A stretch of 64,000 bases of DNA, from assembly GCF_018350175.1 (NCBI RefSeq), contig NC_058368.1, forward strand, positions 17,486,001 to 17,550,000. Reading direction: 5' to 3'. Shown one piece after another: positions 1 through 11,374 of the stretch. The notes under the pieces are model-generated. The model made no database searches and was not told the DNA's origin. It saw only the letters and a program-made list of their open reading frames with translations. A program made the position numbers and the translations under genes. Source of the DNA: Felis catus (lineage: Eukaryota). Every line of letters starts with the position of its first letter. Positions within the stretch are counted from its first letter, which is position 1.

Positions 1-575
1 TTTTTTTTTTAATGCTTTTTTAAAATCTGATTTATGTTTGCTTCTCTGAAGAGCTAGCTGAAACGTTAAAATATTATTTTCAGAAGGTGGAACAGGAACA
101 GAAACAAGTTTGCAGAGAATACATAACCATATTTCAGATCCCAAGCAGAGGAAGAAAAGCAGTTAAAGTCCCAGTGCACTGTGGGGTCGGGGTGTCGGAT
201 AACATATGCTGGACCTCCTACAGCTCTCACCCTCAGGGTACATGTGGTGAATTTTTAAACGTAGAACGAAAATAGAAATCTGGAGTCTGTAGTGTCAGCC
301 TAGCACCGACTCTCCTGTCCGTTAGTTTCATTTTGTGTGGTTCTCGCGTATTACTTTTTGTTGTTGTTCAGGCTATTCTTTGGCTACGTCTACCCTCACA
401 AATCTTTATTTCCTCATAAACAGAATTAGACAAACTTAAATTCTCCTCGAAAGCAACCTTCAGCAAGTGTAGGTGCCTATTGTTGTTAAGCGTTGTAGGG
501 GAGAAAAGTGTTGAAGAAGTCAACATTTATATTGATCTTGCATACATTTATTCTGTAAAATGTCTCTGTCCTTAG

Positions 576-831
576 ATTTACTCCTGACGGGAAGTACGTG
601 ATCGTAGCCCAGCTGAATCTCAGCAGGGTCTTACTGGTGGCCGCACCCCCAGTGGGAAGCATTGGCAACTGTTCCGTGATCAACACAATCCAACTAGCAG
701 ACCAGGTTTTACCTCATCTCTTAGATGTCAGCGGGAAGACTGGAGCCATCTATGTAGCAGAAATCGGAGCAAAGCAAGTGCAAAAATATGTCCCAGTGGA
801 GGGCCATTTTCCTTTGTTCACACATTCATAA
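576..831 (+). CDS. NHLRC3: NHL repeat-containing protein 3, last coding exon (phase-2 acceptor; (R)[84 protein letters not shown])
   Basis: Acceptor tgtctctgtccttag|A at 575/576, open frame to TAA at 829-831. Translation matches the recalled C-terminus of mammalian NHLRC3 ([17 protein letters not shown]...[13 protein letters not shown]...[18 protein letters not shown]). Upstream exons lie before the window. Confidence 0.95.
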
Positions 832-1744
832 TGTTTCTTTTCCCAGAGATGTTTCAAGTGGAAGTTCAGATTCTCAAATTCATTGCCATGTCCTTACAAA
901 TAACGTTCAGGCACCAGTATTTGCTTCTTTATTTTCCCATGATCTAGTGATGAGAAGAATCTGTTCTTATATCCTTCAGAACCATATGTTTTGTTGCTGT
1001 TCTCATGACTTAGTTTTACTTGTAAGTGCATAAGGCTATTTTAACGAAGGAAATGTAATTCTAAAAAATGGGATCTGAAAGAGGGACTAAGACCATAAGG
1101 TAGGTATTTGCCCAGGTAGATTAATCCTCCCTGGGGGGAAGAGGGAAAGGAATAAAAACAGGTTTTGCAGGATATATTGAACTTCACATGAAGGACTACA
1201 GTTTGTTCACCTTATATAAAATGTACCTTTTGAGCGATTAAGTCAGATGGGCTCTTGATCAATGAGTACCCACAGGATGCTAGCTCCTAAAGATTCAGAG
1301 AGGAAGAATCAGGACTTACCTGTGTGAGCCTGTTCAGTAGCATCTAGTCCAGTGGGAGACAAGTGTGCAAACTGATACAAGCGTGTCAGCAGGCCTCAAG
1401 CGTGTCTTGTAGGAACATTACATCTGACAGAGAGAATCCTGGAGATTTTGCGGGGAAAGTCCATTCGAGCTCCCAACTTAAACCAAAGAGGGGAAAACAA
1501 GGTGGTCCACATGGACAAGCTGTAAAAAGTTACAGACTTGCTGAGAACCCTGATAGGCTTTCTTTTAAAAGCCCAGCTTGGCCTGGGTCCTTCAGCTGTA
1601 AGATACTTTGTCTCAGCCTCTAAATGTAGGAATAAAACAGCAGGCATTTAAGCACTTTACTGAAAGGGATCTTTACAAGTACTAACTGGGATGTTTTTTA
1701 ATTAAAGGTACGACTGAAAATAGGGCCCTTCATTCCTTTTTTCC

Positions 1745-1797
1745 TCCTTCCCTCCCTCCCTCCCTCCCTCCCTCCCTCCCTCCCTCCCTCCCTTCCT
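1745..1797 (+). repeat. (CCCT)n/(CCTT)n tetranucleotide microsatellite
   Basis: Directly visible. Confidence 0.95.
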
Positions 1798-2269
1798 TAT
1801 CTTCTTTTTTTAAAACATGAACTCAGTTCATTCCTAACATCTGTCTACCTCAAAGAAGTTTTAGAATTGTATATATGGGGATCTGTTAAGGTGAATAATT
1901 TCTTAGCTTTCTATTTCTACGTCTCTCTACCCTTTGGTCTGAATACCGGATGAAAGACCGTCTTTTCGGTTCTAGTTTATTCTAGGTTCTGTTCAGACCT
2001 CGCCGTATGATGATGTCAACTCATTCGTCCCCTTCTTCTTGTATTCACCTCCCTCCTTATCCCAGACTTGCACTGTAAATCGTGGCGCATGTGAGAAATC
2101 TTGAGCTGACTTTCCTCATCACCCATTGTAGCTGCCGTCTGTTTTCCAGACCTCAAGGAATTCACACTATTTTGATGCTCGGATCATATCTTGACACAGA
2201 TAGAAAGTTAAATCTACCAACAGGAAACTGTCCTGTGTTCCAAGGCCTTTGATAAGTGTGTTTGTGCCG

Positions 2270-2400
2270 CTGTCCAAGCTGTATGATCTTCAGTGAGTCT
2301 TCTTAGTTTTTCTCCTTAGTAAAATGGGAGCATCATTTCCTTCCTCCTTCAGAAATGCTGCAAGGATCAGATGTCCGACAGATACAAATGTGCCCTTTGA
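2270..2400 (+). mobile_element. MIR-family SINE remnant
   Basis: Degenerate MIR core (agtttttctcc..gtaaaatggg..gctgcaaggatcagatg). Confidence 0.5.
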
Positions 2401-3897
2401 AATCTAAGCTCCCAGGGCATTCGAGGCAGAAATTCTTAAACAGAGATCCTTCCAGCTGCTTAATTTACCTGATAGCAACTATCCAGTTTGCCTTAATTTT
2501 GCGTTGAGTGCTTTTTTCAAAACCTATCCTTGTGAACTTTATGCAGCTTAGCAAATATAGTAAATTTACTTGGATAGAAGGAAGTGATTTGAGAGTTTTG
2601 TTTTGTTTTGTTTTGTTTTTAAGCCAGGACAAGAAGTGCAAATACCTCTTAGAAGGAATACAGGTTAGGTAAACTGATCTTGTCATTTTAAAAATGTTGT
2701 AGTTAACTTTGTTTTATGCCAGTTTCTTATAAAACTTGTTGAAAGTATTGTTGCCATATATCTTGCTAAAAGTGTTTATTAGCATACTTGAAATCATAGT
2801 ATTTCACTTTTTTCCTTTGGGTTAATTGGTTAAATGATTGAGAAAATGTGTTGCATTTTGACTAAAAAATACGAATTAAACTTTTGGAAAGAAAAGGCAG
2901 TATTATCTGGCTCTCTAAGTAATGTTTGATTTTATTATTATAAAAGCAGTTTTAGAACTTCTTATTCTGTTAAAGAATTTCAGCAATCCTGATAGCACAA
3001 GTTGGCACTGAGAGAGTATCCTTCATTCACGTGTAAAGTATAGGCTAGATCTCCCGGAGGGGGAGATTACTTTTCTAAATTAGGAAACCAAAGACTGTAT
3101 CTTCCCTAACCCCTATTAGAACATCGGGTCTCTATGATGGAATTATTTGTCCGCAGAGGCAGCCTGTGTGAAATCAAGAGGGTAAACTAAGAAGACCCAT
3201 ATAATTTGTGCTTCGGTCACTTACCAGGTCAAAAGACCGCTTCAAGCATTGCGGTCATCAGGCTAAATAAAGGCAGTCAAGTCCCAACTTTTATTCTGCA
3301 TTTGTTGATTTTGAACCCTGGATTTTAAAACAGGGTACGTTGGATAGCCCGCATTGCAGCTGGAAACTGCCAGATTTTTGCTCCTTTGACTCACCAAAAT
3401 AAGTCTGTTGGAATCAAGAAGAAAAAAAAAAGTATCCTAAATGTATGACTTTCTTTTACTCTTTAAAATTTCAGCGATAATCACATAAAAAAAAACCTTT
3501 AAAAAAAGAGATTCATTTATTCAACAAAAACGTGAAAGCGCAGATGTGCGAAGGCTCTCAGGCAGGTGTCCTCTGCCCTCGCCCTCGTAGTTGGCCATCT
3601 ACTGGAGAGAAGTTTCCTTTCAGTTCACCCTGGGAGGTGCCTTCCTTGCACTGGTGGTGTTTTACGTTCTTGGTACAAGAGAGGGCGGTAGAGTCCTGCT
3701 TACAAGCATTTCTTGAAACCGGAAGTGGATTTTCATCTTTATACTTTGACTTTTTTAACAATTGAGGTAAACCATACTTTTTTTTCTTTAGCTTGTGTAT
3801 CTTGAGGAAATTAGCTTGTAGGTGACATCCTTTCCAAGGGTTATTGGGATATTTACTGTTGAGACATTTCCATGTTTTAAAAAAACCAAAACACTTT

Positions 3898-4100
3898 TTT
3901 TTTTTAAATTTTTAATGTTTATATTTGAAAGAGAGAGAGTGGGGGAGAGACAGAGAGAAGGGGAGACACAGATTCTGCAGCTGACTCCAGGCTCTGAGCT
4001 GTCAGCACAGAGCCCGATGCGGGGCTCGAACTCACGAACTGTGAGGTCATGACCTGAGCTGAAGTCAGATGCTCAACCGACCGAGCCACCCAGGCGCCCC
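3898..4100 (-). mobile_element. Can-SINE (SINEC_Fc type)
   Basis: tRNA-derived head (rc gagccacccaggcgcccc), (GA)n, poly-T tail; TSD aaaacacttt. Confidence 0.95.
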
Positions 4101-4869
4101 AAAACACTTTCAATAAAAGCCAAACTAACAGCCAGAAGGGAATAACTTAAACTGTAACCTGAAGAGGAGTTTAGTGTAATAGAAAATACATTCATATTAG
4201 CAGAAAATTATTCCTTTTCTCCTTACTAGATTTTTTTGTTTTAAACAATTTTGCTTCATAGTTGCTGACTCTTTTACAAATATTATTTACAAAGAGGCCC
4301 AGTAATTTCTCCACCAGACACCCATAGAATCCATGAGTTTATAGAGTAAGTTAGTCCTGTGAACATGTAGTGACATATAGATACTCCCTTTGTATGTAAG
4401 AACTGAGTGGAATTTAAGCAGTGAAAAATAGCGCTTTTTGAAACTTTTGTTTCTTCCGTGGTAAACAATGAAAGGATATTGTTATGATTTAATTCTGCCT
4501 TTATGTCAAAGTGGCCCATCTTGGGGGGATCCTGTTTTCAGCGCCTATAATAGTCTGACCCTGGTAAACAGATTTGTGGTGTGGAGTTTCCCTTCGGATG
4601 CTACATGTAAGAATCTCACAAATAGACTCTAATCCAAAAGCAGTTGACCAAAATAATAACATGGTGTCTGGAAATAATTCTGAGACCTTCAAAGGGTGAT
4701 CATAGAGCATAGGATTACTGAGCTATCCTTCAGAATGAAGATAATAAGTGGAAATAAGTGTGGCCCGTTGGTCCAGCTTAGTGAAAGAACATTCTAGCAA
4801 AGAGCTGTTCAGCAGTGGAACAGACTGTGTTCATATGGGAAGTGGTAAAGTTCAGTGATTCAGAACCCG

Positions 4870-5062
4870 AAATCTGGAGTTAGGTTGACCTGGGTTCTGA
4901 TCCAAGCTCTGCCACTCACTTGCTGCGTTATTCTGACACTGCCTCATTTTTCTCCTTTGTGAAATGGAAATATTTGTATTTTCCTCATAGGGTCCTTGTG
5001 AATAGAAATGAGATTGTGCGGGTAGAACATTAAACCTAGTCCCTGACACACAGTAAGCACTC
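4870..5062 (+). mobile_element. MIR SINE
   Basis: ctgggttctgatccaagctctgccactcacttgctg..cctcatttttctcc..gtgaaatgg..cacacagtaagcactc. Confidence 0.8.
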
Positions 5063-5375
5063 CCCACACCTTAAGAGACTCGTTTGAGGTATGTCAGCCA
5101 GAGACCGGCAGTCGTGCCATCTTTGGGCAGAAATTCTTACCCTGGGAAGATGAGAAGACCAGATGACCTTCCCTATGGTATGATTCTGTGTTTAGTCACA
5201 CTATTGAAGACTAAAGATACCGTTGTAATACACTAAGTCATCTATCATTTAAGAATGGCCACTTTTTAGTCATCTAGGAATATGGTGGTGAGCAAGGTAG
5301 ACTCCTTTTCTGGAATACACATTCTACATTGGGAAACAGAACAGTTTGAGTGAAAAAGTGAGATTCTGATGAGAC

Positions 5376-5846
5376 TGTGGTAAATACCAACACTTGGTTG
5401 GCTAAACACCCATTCTCAATTGTCTTCCTTCTACCACTTTGGAGACTGGAAGAGCTAGGTGCTTGCTTTCTCAGCCTAACCAGCATCTAGGGGTAGTCAC
5501 ATGATGTTCTGGCCAGTGCAACATAAAAGGGGGATTTCTGGAGAATCATTTGCTTTTGGATTTAAGAGAATAAAAAGGTATGCTTAGCACCACCGCCTTC
5601 TCCCTCCTTCCCTGACGAACTTGAATGTAATGCCTTGAGTTGCAGCAGCCATCTTGGAACTATAAAGCAACAAATGACATTCTTAAGGAAGGCAGAAAGA
5701 AGGCTGGGTTTTTATGATTGGGGAACCACTATATTGGCCTGGTAATTCCTTGCTCTAGATTTTTATGTGAGATAATTAAATGTTTTAGTTAATTTAAGCC
5801 AGTGTTTTGGTTGGGTGTTTTCTTGCAGATAAAAAGCATTCCTAAG
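5376..5846 (+). mobile_element. ERVL solo LTR (LTR33-like)
   Basis: Motifs gcttgctttctcagcc..ggtagtcacatga..ttctggcca, gcagcagccatcttg, and end gcagataaaaagcattcctaa. Confidence 0.65.
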
Positions 5847-5899
5847 AAATTCACTATTAAATTAACCTACGTTCATTTGGATTGATTTTTTTTTTTTTT

Positions 5900-6760
5900 A
5901 TGGTTTTAAGATTCTATATCCAGGAAAATAGTCTGCTGTTATGTCTTATTTTATGTCCTTTAATAAGATGTTTTTGGTGGTTTTTTTTTTTTTCAATTTA
6001 GATTCTGTGCATTTCTTTTGAGACACATTTAGATTCCTGTGTCAAATTTATTCCGCACATTTATTAATTATAGCTACTAGAGTAGGATTTTTTTCCCCAT
6101 TGCTGATTAGTTTTGGGTGGTATAGAGAAAGGGTATCAATTCTTTCTTATGTATGTCATATCTATTCACCTTAATAAACCCTTATTAATTTTAATTAGCT
6201 ATTATAGATATTCAGACTTTGTAGGTATACCACTCTGAAAATAAAGATAACTATATGCCTTTCAAGATTTTTATTGCTTGTTTGATTTTTTAAAATTTTA
6301 TTGCATTAGCTACATTGTTCAAAACAATGTTAAGTGATAGTAGTGATATGATGTATCTTTGTCTTATTTCTGATTTTAATGGAAATATTGGTACTTTACC
6401 AAATATGATATTTGCTATTGAATGTTGGTAATTTTCATACTTAGTTTTTTAATCTCAGAATTTTATTAAGAATCATTGCTTAATTTTGGGGTGCCTGGGT
6501 GGCTCTGTTGGTTAAGCGTCCGACTTCGGCTCAGGTCATGATCTCACAGCTCATGGGTTCGAACCCCACATCGGGCTCTGTGCTGACAGCTCAGAGCCTG
6601 GAGCCTGCTTCAGATTCTGTGTCTCCCACCCTCTCTGCCCCCCCCCAAAATAAACATTAAAAAAATTTTTTTAAATAGTTGTAAAGAATTATTGCTTAAT
6701 TTTATAATGGCTTTTGGCATTGATGTGTACAATATATTGACTAATGAAAGGTACAGATAT
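5900..6760 (-). mobile_element. Old L1 (L1M-type) ORF2 remnant, interrupted by a SINE
   Basis: T-rich antisense L1 motifs (ttattgcattagcta..acaatgttaag..gtcttatttctgattttaatgg). Confidence 0.6.
6488..6683 (+). mobile_element. Can-SINE with shortened (CT)n region
   Basis: ggggtgcctgggtggctc head; ~20-bp TSD aagaat(c/t)attgcttaatttt. Confidence 0.95.
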
Positions 6761-7397
6761 TATGGTTATTGTTAGAAAAACTTTAGTTGGTAATTGATTT
6801 CTTGCCTGAAACTTCTATTCTTCAAAGAAAGAGGGCAGTAGAGTGCCATCATATAGAATTTATCAATTATGGTCCACCCATCTCCAAAAAGAATTTGAGC
6901 CTCTTTGCGATAACATTTTAAAAATATGTTAAAATAGAGTAATGTCAAAAATTGCATAGAAGGGAGGAAAACACATTTATTCAAAACCTGGATTCATAGT
7001 TATGGCAATTAAGCATTATTCTGAGTTTTCTCATAGCCAAAGAAGGAAATGTGGATATATAATTTTCATCTAATAAAAGGAAATAGATCCATTCTTTAAG
7101 GAAGCAAGAACTTTTTTCCCCATTTTTCCATTGCATGGACCTTTAAAGGTGAAATGAAACAATATTTATAAAATATATTTTTTATAATTTACATAAGTTA
7201 TATAAACTATTTATAAAAATATTTATAAAACAAAAATTTAATATAACACGAAGAAACTTTTTTTTAATGTAATGAAAAATCACGGGAGGTGTGAGAAAGG
7301 GATAGGGTCTTTAAGCCAGTAGTTCAATAAATATTAAGTATTCTTATTTGTCGTATACACCACGGATTGGACGCACAGTCTTTGTCAGGGCTTGATA

Positions 7398-7573
7398 GAG
7401 TGATGGTGGTAATGTTCTGTATTTCCGCTGTCCAACATGGTAGCCCCTAGCACATGGGCTTTTGAGCACTTGAAATGTAGTTTGTGTGTCTGAGGAACTG
7501 AATTTCCTACCTTCTTTTTACTTAATTTAAATCGTTACATATGGCTATTGGCTACTGTATTGGACAAACACAG
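7398..7573 (+). mobile_element. MER3-like hAT-Charlie MITE
   Basis: aatgttctgtatttccgctgtccaacatggtagcc..gagcacttgaaatgt..ctgaggaactgaattt..ggctactgtattggaca. Confidence 0.8.
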
Positions 7574-7966
7574 CAGGTGACTAGGTTTTCATAATAATGG
7601 CCAGCAGTTTGTTTCGACTCAGTTTCCTTGTTCGTTTGTATGATTTGCTTTCTCTGTAGTGTGACCTTTTGGCAATGTTTCTAATAATTCCACGAAGATT
7701 AAAGATTAAAAATTATCATGCATCTTGAAATACTTCATTGTTGAATCTTTTGTTAAATATTTTCCAAGTGAAAGTGAAGTCATTCTGTGCAGAACTGAGG
7801 ACAATGGTTCTCAAAAAGCTTTTAAGTGTTTATGTGTGTTTGTACTTACTTATCAGCTCACTTCTGGGAACATATCTGTTTTTCTATCTTTTTTTTCCCC
7901 CCCTGAAAAGAAACTATTTTTCACATGCAACAGCTCAGGTTTCAATGCAAACTTGTCTCACATAGA

Positions 7967-8177
7967 TTTTTTTTTTTTAATGTTTCTTTATTCTTGAGAG
8001 ACAGAGATAGAGGGCAAGCAGGGGAGCGGCAGAGAGAGAGGGAGACAGAATCTCAAGCAGGCTCCACACTGTCAGCAAGGAGCCCGACACGGGGCTCAAA
8101 CCCACAAACTGTGAGATCATGACCTGAGCTGAAACCAAGAGTCAGACGTTTAAACAACTGAGCCACCCAGGTCCCCC
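7967..8177 (-). mobile_element. Can-SINE
   Basis: Head, (GA)n, poly-T; TSD atagattttt. Confidence 0.93.
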
Positions 8178-8351
8178 CATATAGATTTTTTAATGCATCC
8201 CATAGAGGTATTCACAATAATTGTTGCAAATACCCTGAAAATCAGGTTAGAAGGCACTAAAATGCAATCACAGCTTCATTACTGGTAATATTGAGTTACT
8301 GCATCTTTACTAATGATTGTATTAGTTTCCATCTTTATTTGTATGCTTTAA

Positions 8352-8569
8352 TTTTTTTTTTTAACCTTCCTTTTATTTTTTGAGAGACAGAGAGAGACAG
8401 AGCATGAGCAGGGGAGGGGCAGAGAGAGAGGGAGACACTGAATCTGTAGCAGGCTCCAGGCTCTGAGCTATCAGCACAGAGCCTGATGTGGGGCTTGAAC
8501 TCACAAACTGTGAGATCATGACCTGAGCCAAAGTCCGACGTTTAACCGACTGAACCACCCAGGCACCCC
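8352..8569 (-). mobile_element. Can-SINE (SINEC_Fc type)
   Basis: Full body with gcaggctccaggctctgagct. Confidence 0.93.
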
Positions 8570-8603
8570 ACAAATCAATAACTTTTAATGTGCTCTGTCT
8601 CTC

Positions 8604-8802
8604 TTTTTTTATTGAGAGAGAGAGAGAGAGAGAGCTCACAAGTCAGGGAGAGGGCAGAGAGAGGGAGACACAGAATCCAAAGCAGGCTCCAGGCCCCGAG
8701 CCGTCAGCACAGAGCTCGACGCGGGGCTCGAACTCACAAGCTGCGAGATCACGACCTGAGCCGAAGTTGGACGTTGAACCAACTGAGCCACCCAGGCACC
8801 CC
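8604..8802 (-). mobile_element. Can-SINE (SINEC_Fc type)
   Basis: Full body, in tandem with the previous copy. Confidence 0.93.
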
Positions 8803-9527
8803 TGGAATATAAATTTTCATATAAGGCTGAGATTAATTTGTTCAGTGCCCAAGTGTCTGGAACGTAGTAGGTGTCATTCATTTAGTCCACACTTGACCAA
8901 GTGACCACCTACTTGATCACCTACTAGTTAATGATCTACTCAACTATTATATTAATAGTTATTGGATCATTAACTAGCTTAAGCTTCTCAGGTCAAATAA
9001 TCTTTTAATCTATCTACTTGGATTTTATTTCAGTCTGCACTTGCCCTACTCTATTTTCTTGAGACCTATTTCCTTTCATACTTCCTTTCTGCTTGCCTTT
9101 ATTCATTTGTCACTGTTTCACCATTCCTCCCCCTCCCCAATTCTGGATTTGTTTCCTTTTTCAGAATTCAGGGCCTCACTGGAATATCCATACTAATACT
9201 GTGACTTCGAGCATTGCTATCTCTATTGCTTATTTTTTTCTGTAGAGAGAGGTCTCATATGCCACCTCCTGCTTCTTCCTCATCAAATTAGGTACGAGAA
9301 TCTATTGTCCTTCCCTAGGTATTGAAATACTGTTTTCAAAGAAATTTCGAAAACGTTCTGTATTCCCTATTACACTCTGCACAGACACCTCCAACCTGCT
9401 TTCCTATTGTTTCTCCCCGTAAATCCACTTCTGAACGTTACTTTCTCACAACTGCTGTATTTTTTGTGTCCGGCTGGCATTCAGTGAAGCTGGGACGACA
9501 GGAACCATTTCACCTGAAACACTAAGT

Positions 9528-9998
9528 GGTGGTGTGAATAAAGTGTCCCCTCCCCACTGCTCCCAGTATATCCAGAGCTTGATCTCTAGAACTTGTGAAT
9601 GTCGCCTTACCTGCCAAAAAGGCTTTGCAGGTGTGACTGCATTAAATTATCCTAGATTATCTGGGTGGGCCCTAATAGAATCACACATTTCATCATAAGA
9701 GGGAGGCAGAGGGAGATCTGCCATAAAGGGGAGTCAGTATGGCCACGAAGGCAGAGATTGGAGTGATGCTACCAAAGCCAAAGAATGCCAACGGCCACCA
9801 GGAGCTGGAAGAGGCAAGGGAGGGATGCCTCCTCAGCACTTCCACAGTGGACGTGGCCCTGCCTGGGCTTTGATTCTGGCCTCGTGATACTGATTTGGGA
9901 CTTTAGGTCGTCCACGTTGTGAAAGAATATAAATTTCTGTGATTTTTAAGCCCCTAAGTTGGTGATACTTTGCTGCAGCAGCTGTAGGAAAGTAATAC
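9528..9998 (+). mobile_element. MaLR LTR (MLT1C/D-like)
   Basis: attatcctagattatctgggtgggccctaat, gcagagattggagtgatgc, gctggaagaggcaagg, end gcagcagctgtaggaaagtaatac. Confidence 0.85.
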
Positions 9999-10335
9999 CG
10001 AGCTGATACCTGGAAAATATACCTAAAGATGTAAAAGTATAATATGAAATTGGATAATAGGTAGAAGCTGGAAAAAATTTGTAAGTATGATGTAAACAAG
10101 ATTAGATTGCTTTAGATGGTTGGTAGAAGATATTAAAGACGTAACCGGTGAGAGCTCAGAAGGAACTGAGCACAGTGTTGAAACCCTGTATTATCTTAGA
10201 TAATACATGCATTGTAAACAGACTGTTAGTAAACATTTGAATTTAAAGGTGTTGCTAGTAAAGTTTCAGAAGGAAATGAGGAAAATGTTTTTGGAAACTG
10301 GAGGAAAGGGGATATTTGTTATATGGTGGGAACAC
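9999..10335 (+). mobile_element. MaLR internal sequence (MLT1-int) directly after the LTR
   Basis: atacctaaagatgt..ataggtagaagctggaa..ggtgagagctcagaagga..ggaaactggaggaaaggggat. Confidence 0.7.
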
Positions 10336-10595
10336 ACAAGAATGGCTACAAATTATGAAACTATGGACTACCTTTACCTTGCTGGAGAAAGTAAGGCCAA
10401 TCTAGAATTCTGTATCCAACAAATGTTTGTTTGAAATTTGAAGAAAAGGAAACATATCTCACACATTCAAGCTGGAATGTTCATTGCCATCAAATCTATA
10501 CTACAAGAAATAGTAAATGGAGATCGTTAGTCTGAATGAAAGTAATACCATTTGAAAACTTGGATCTACACAAAGGAATAAGAAGGGCCTGAATT

Positions 10596-10808
10596 GGGGT
10601 GCCGGGGTGGCTCAGTCGGTTAAGCATCCAACTTCAGCTCAAGTCATGATTTCACGGTTCGTGGGTTCAAGCTCCACATCTGGCTCTGAGCTGACAGCTC
10701 AGAGCCTGGAGCCTGCTTCAGATTCTGTGTCTTCCTCTCTGTCTGCCCCTTCCCTGCTCACACTTCGTCTCTCTCTGCCTCTCAAAATTGAGTAAACAAC
10801 AACAACAA
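10596..10808 (+). mobile_element. Can-SINE (SINEC_Fc type)
   Basis: TSD aagaagggc(c/t)tgaatt. Confidence 0.95.
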
Positions 10809-10884
10809 GAAGAAGGGCTTGAATTGGAAAATCTATGGCTAAATATAAAGAACTTTTTTTCTTTTAGAAATATTAAAAAAAAAA

Positions 10885-11092
10885 TTTTTTTAACGTTTAT
10901 TTTTGAGACAGAGAGAGACAGAGCATGAACGGGGGAGGGTCAGAGAGAGAGAGAGACACACAGAATCCGAAACAGGCTCCAGGCTCTGAGCAGTCAGCAC
11001 AGAGCCCGACGCGGGGCTCGAACTTACATACCGCGAGATCGTGACCTGAGCCGAAGTCGGACGCTTAACCGACTGAGCCACCCAGGCGCCCC
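10885..11092 (-). mobile_element. Can-SINE (SINEC_Fc, CpG-rich, young)
   Basis: Full body with many retained CpGs. Confidence 0.95.
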
Positions 11093-11124
11093 TAGAAAAA
11101 TTTTTTTATAGATAAGTGACTATC

Positions 11125-11252
11125 AGGGTGCCTAGGTGGCTCAGTCAGTTAAGCATCCGACTCTTGATTTCGGCCTAGGTCATGATCTCATGGTTCAGGA
11201 GAACCTGCCCCATGTCGGGCTCTGCACTGACAGCTTGGAGCTTGCTCGTGAT

Positions 11253-11296
<44 letters not shown>

Positions 11297-11374
11297 CCTG
11301 CCTTGCTTGCATGCATGGGCTCTCTCTCTCTCTCTCTCTCAAAATAAAAATAAATAAATAAACATTAAAAAAAA
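11125..11374 (+). mobile_element. Can-SINE (older subfamily, expanded (CT)n)
   Basis: gactcttgatttcggc head variant; TSD taagtgac(t/c)at. Confidence 0.93.

Larger units (their letters stand above)
832..2960 (+). other. NHLRC3: Probable NHLRC3 3' UTR (true end uncertain)
   Basis: Follows the stop codon. Candidate poly(A) signals: AATAAA 1151-1156, AATAAA 1631-1636, ATTAAA 2875-2880 in U-rich context, and a further AATAAA 3266-3271. Confidence 0.55.

Noticed and set aside
7160..7245. AT-only stretch with partial self-complementarity
   Set aside because: Low-complexity AT sequence, where such symmetry is expected by chance.
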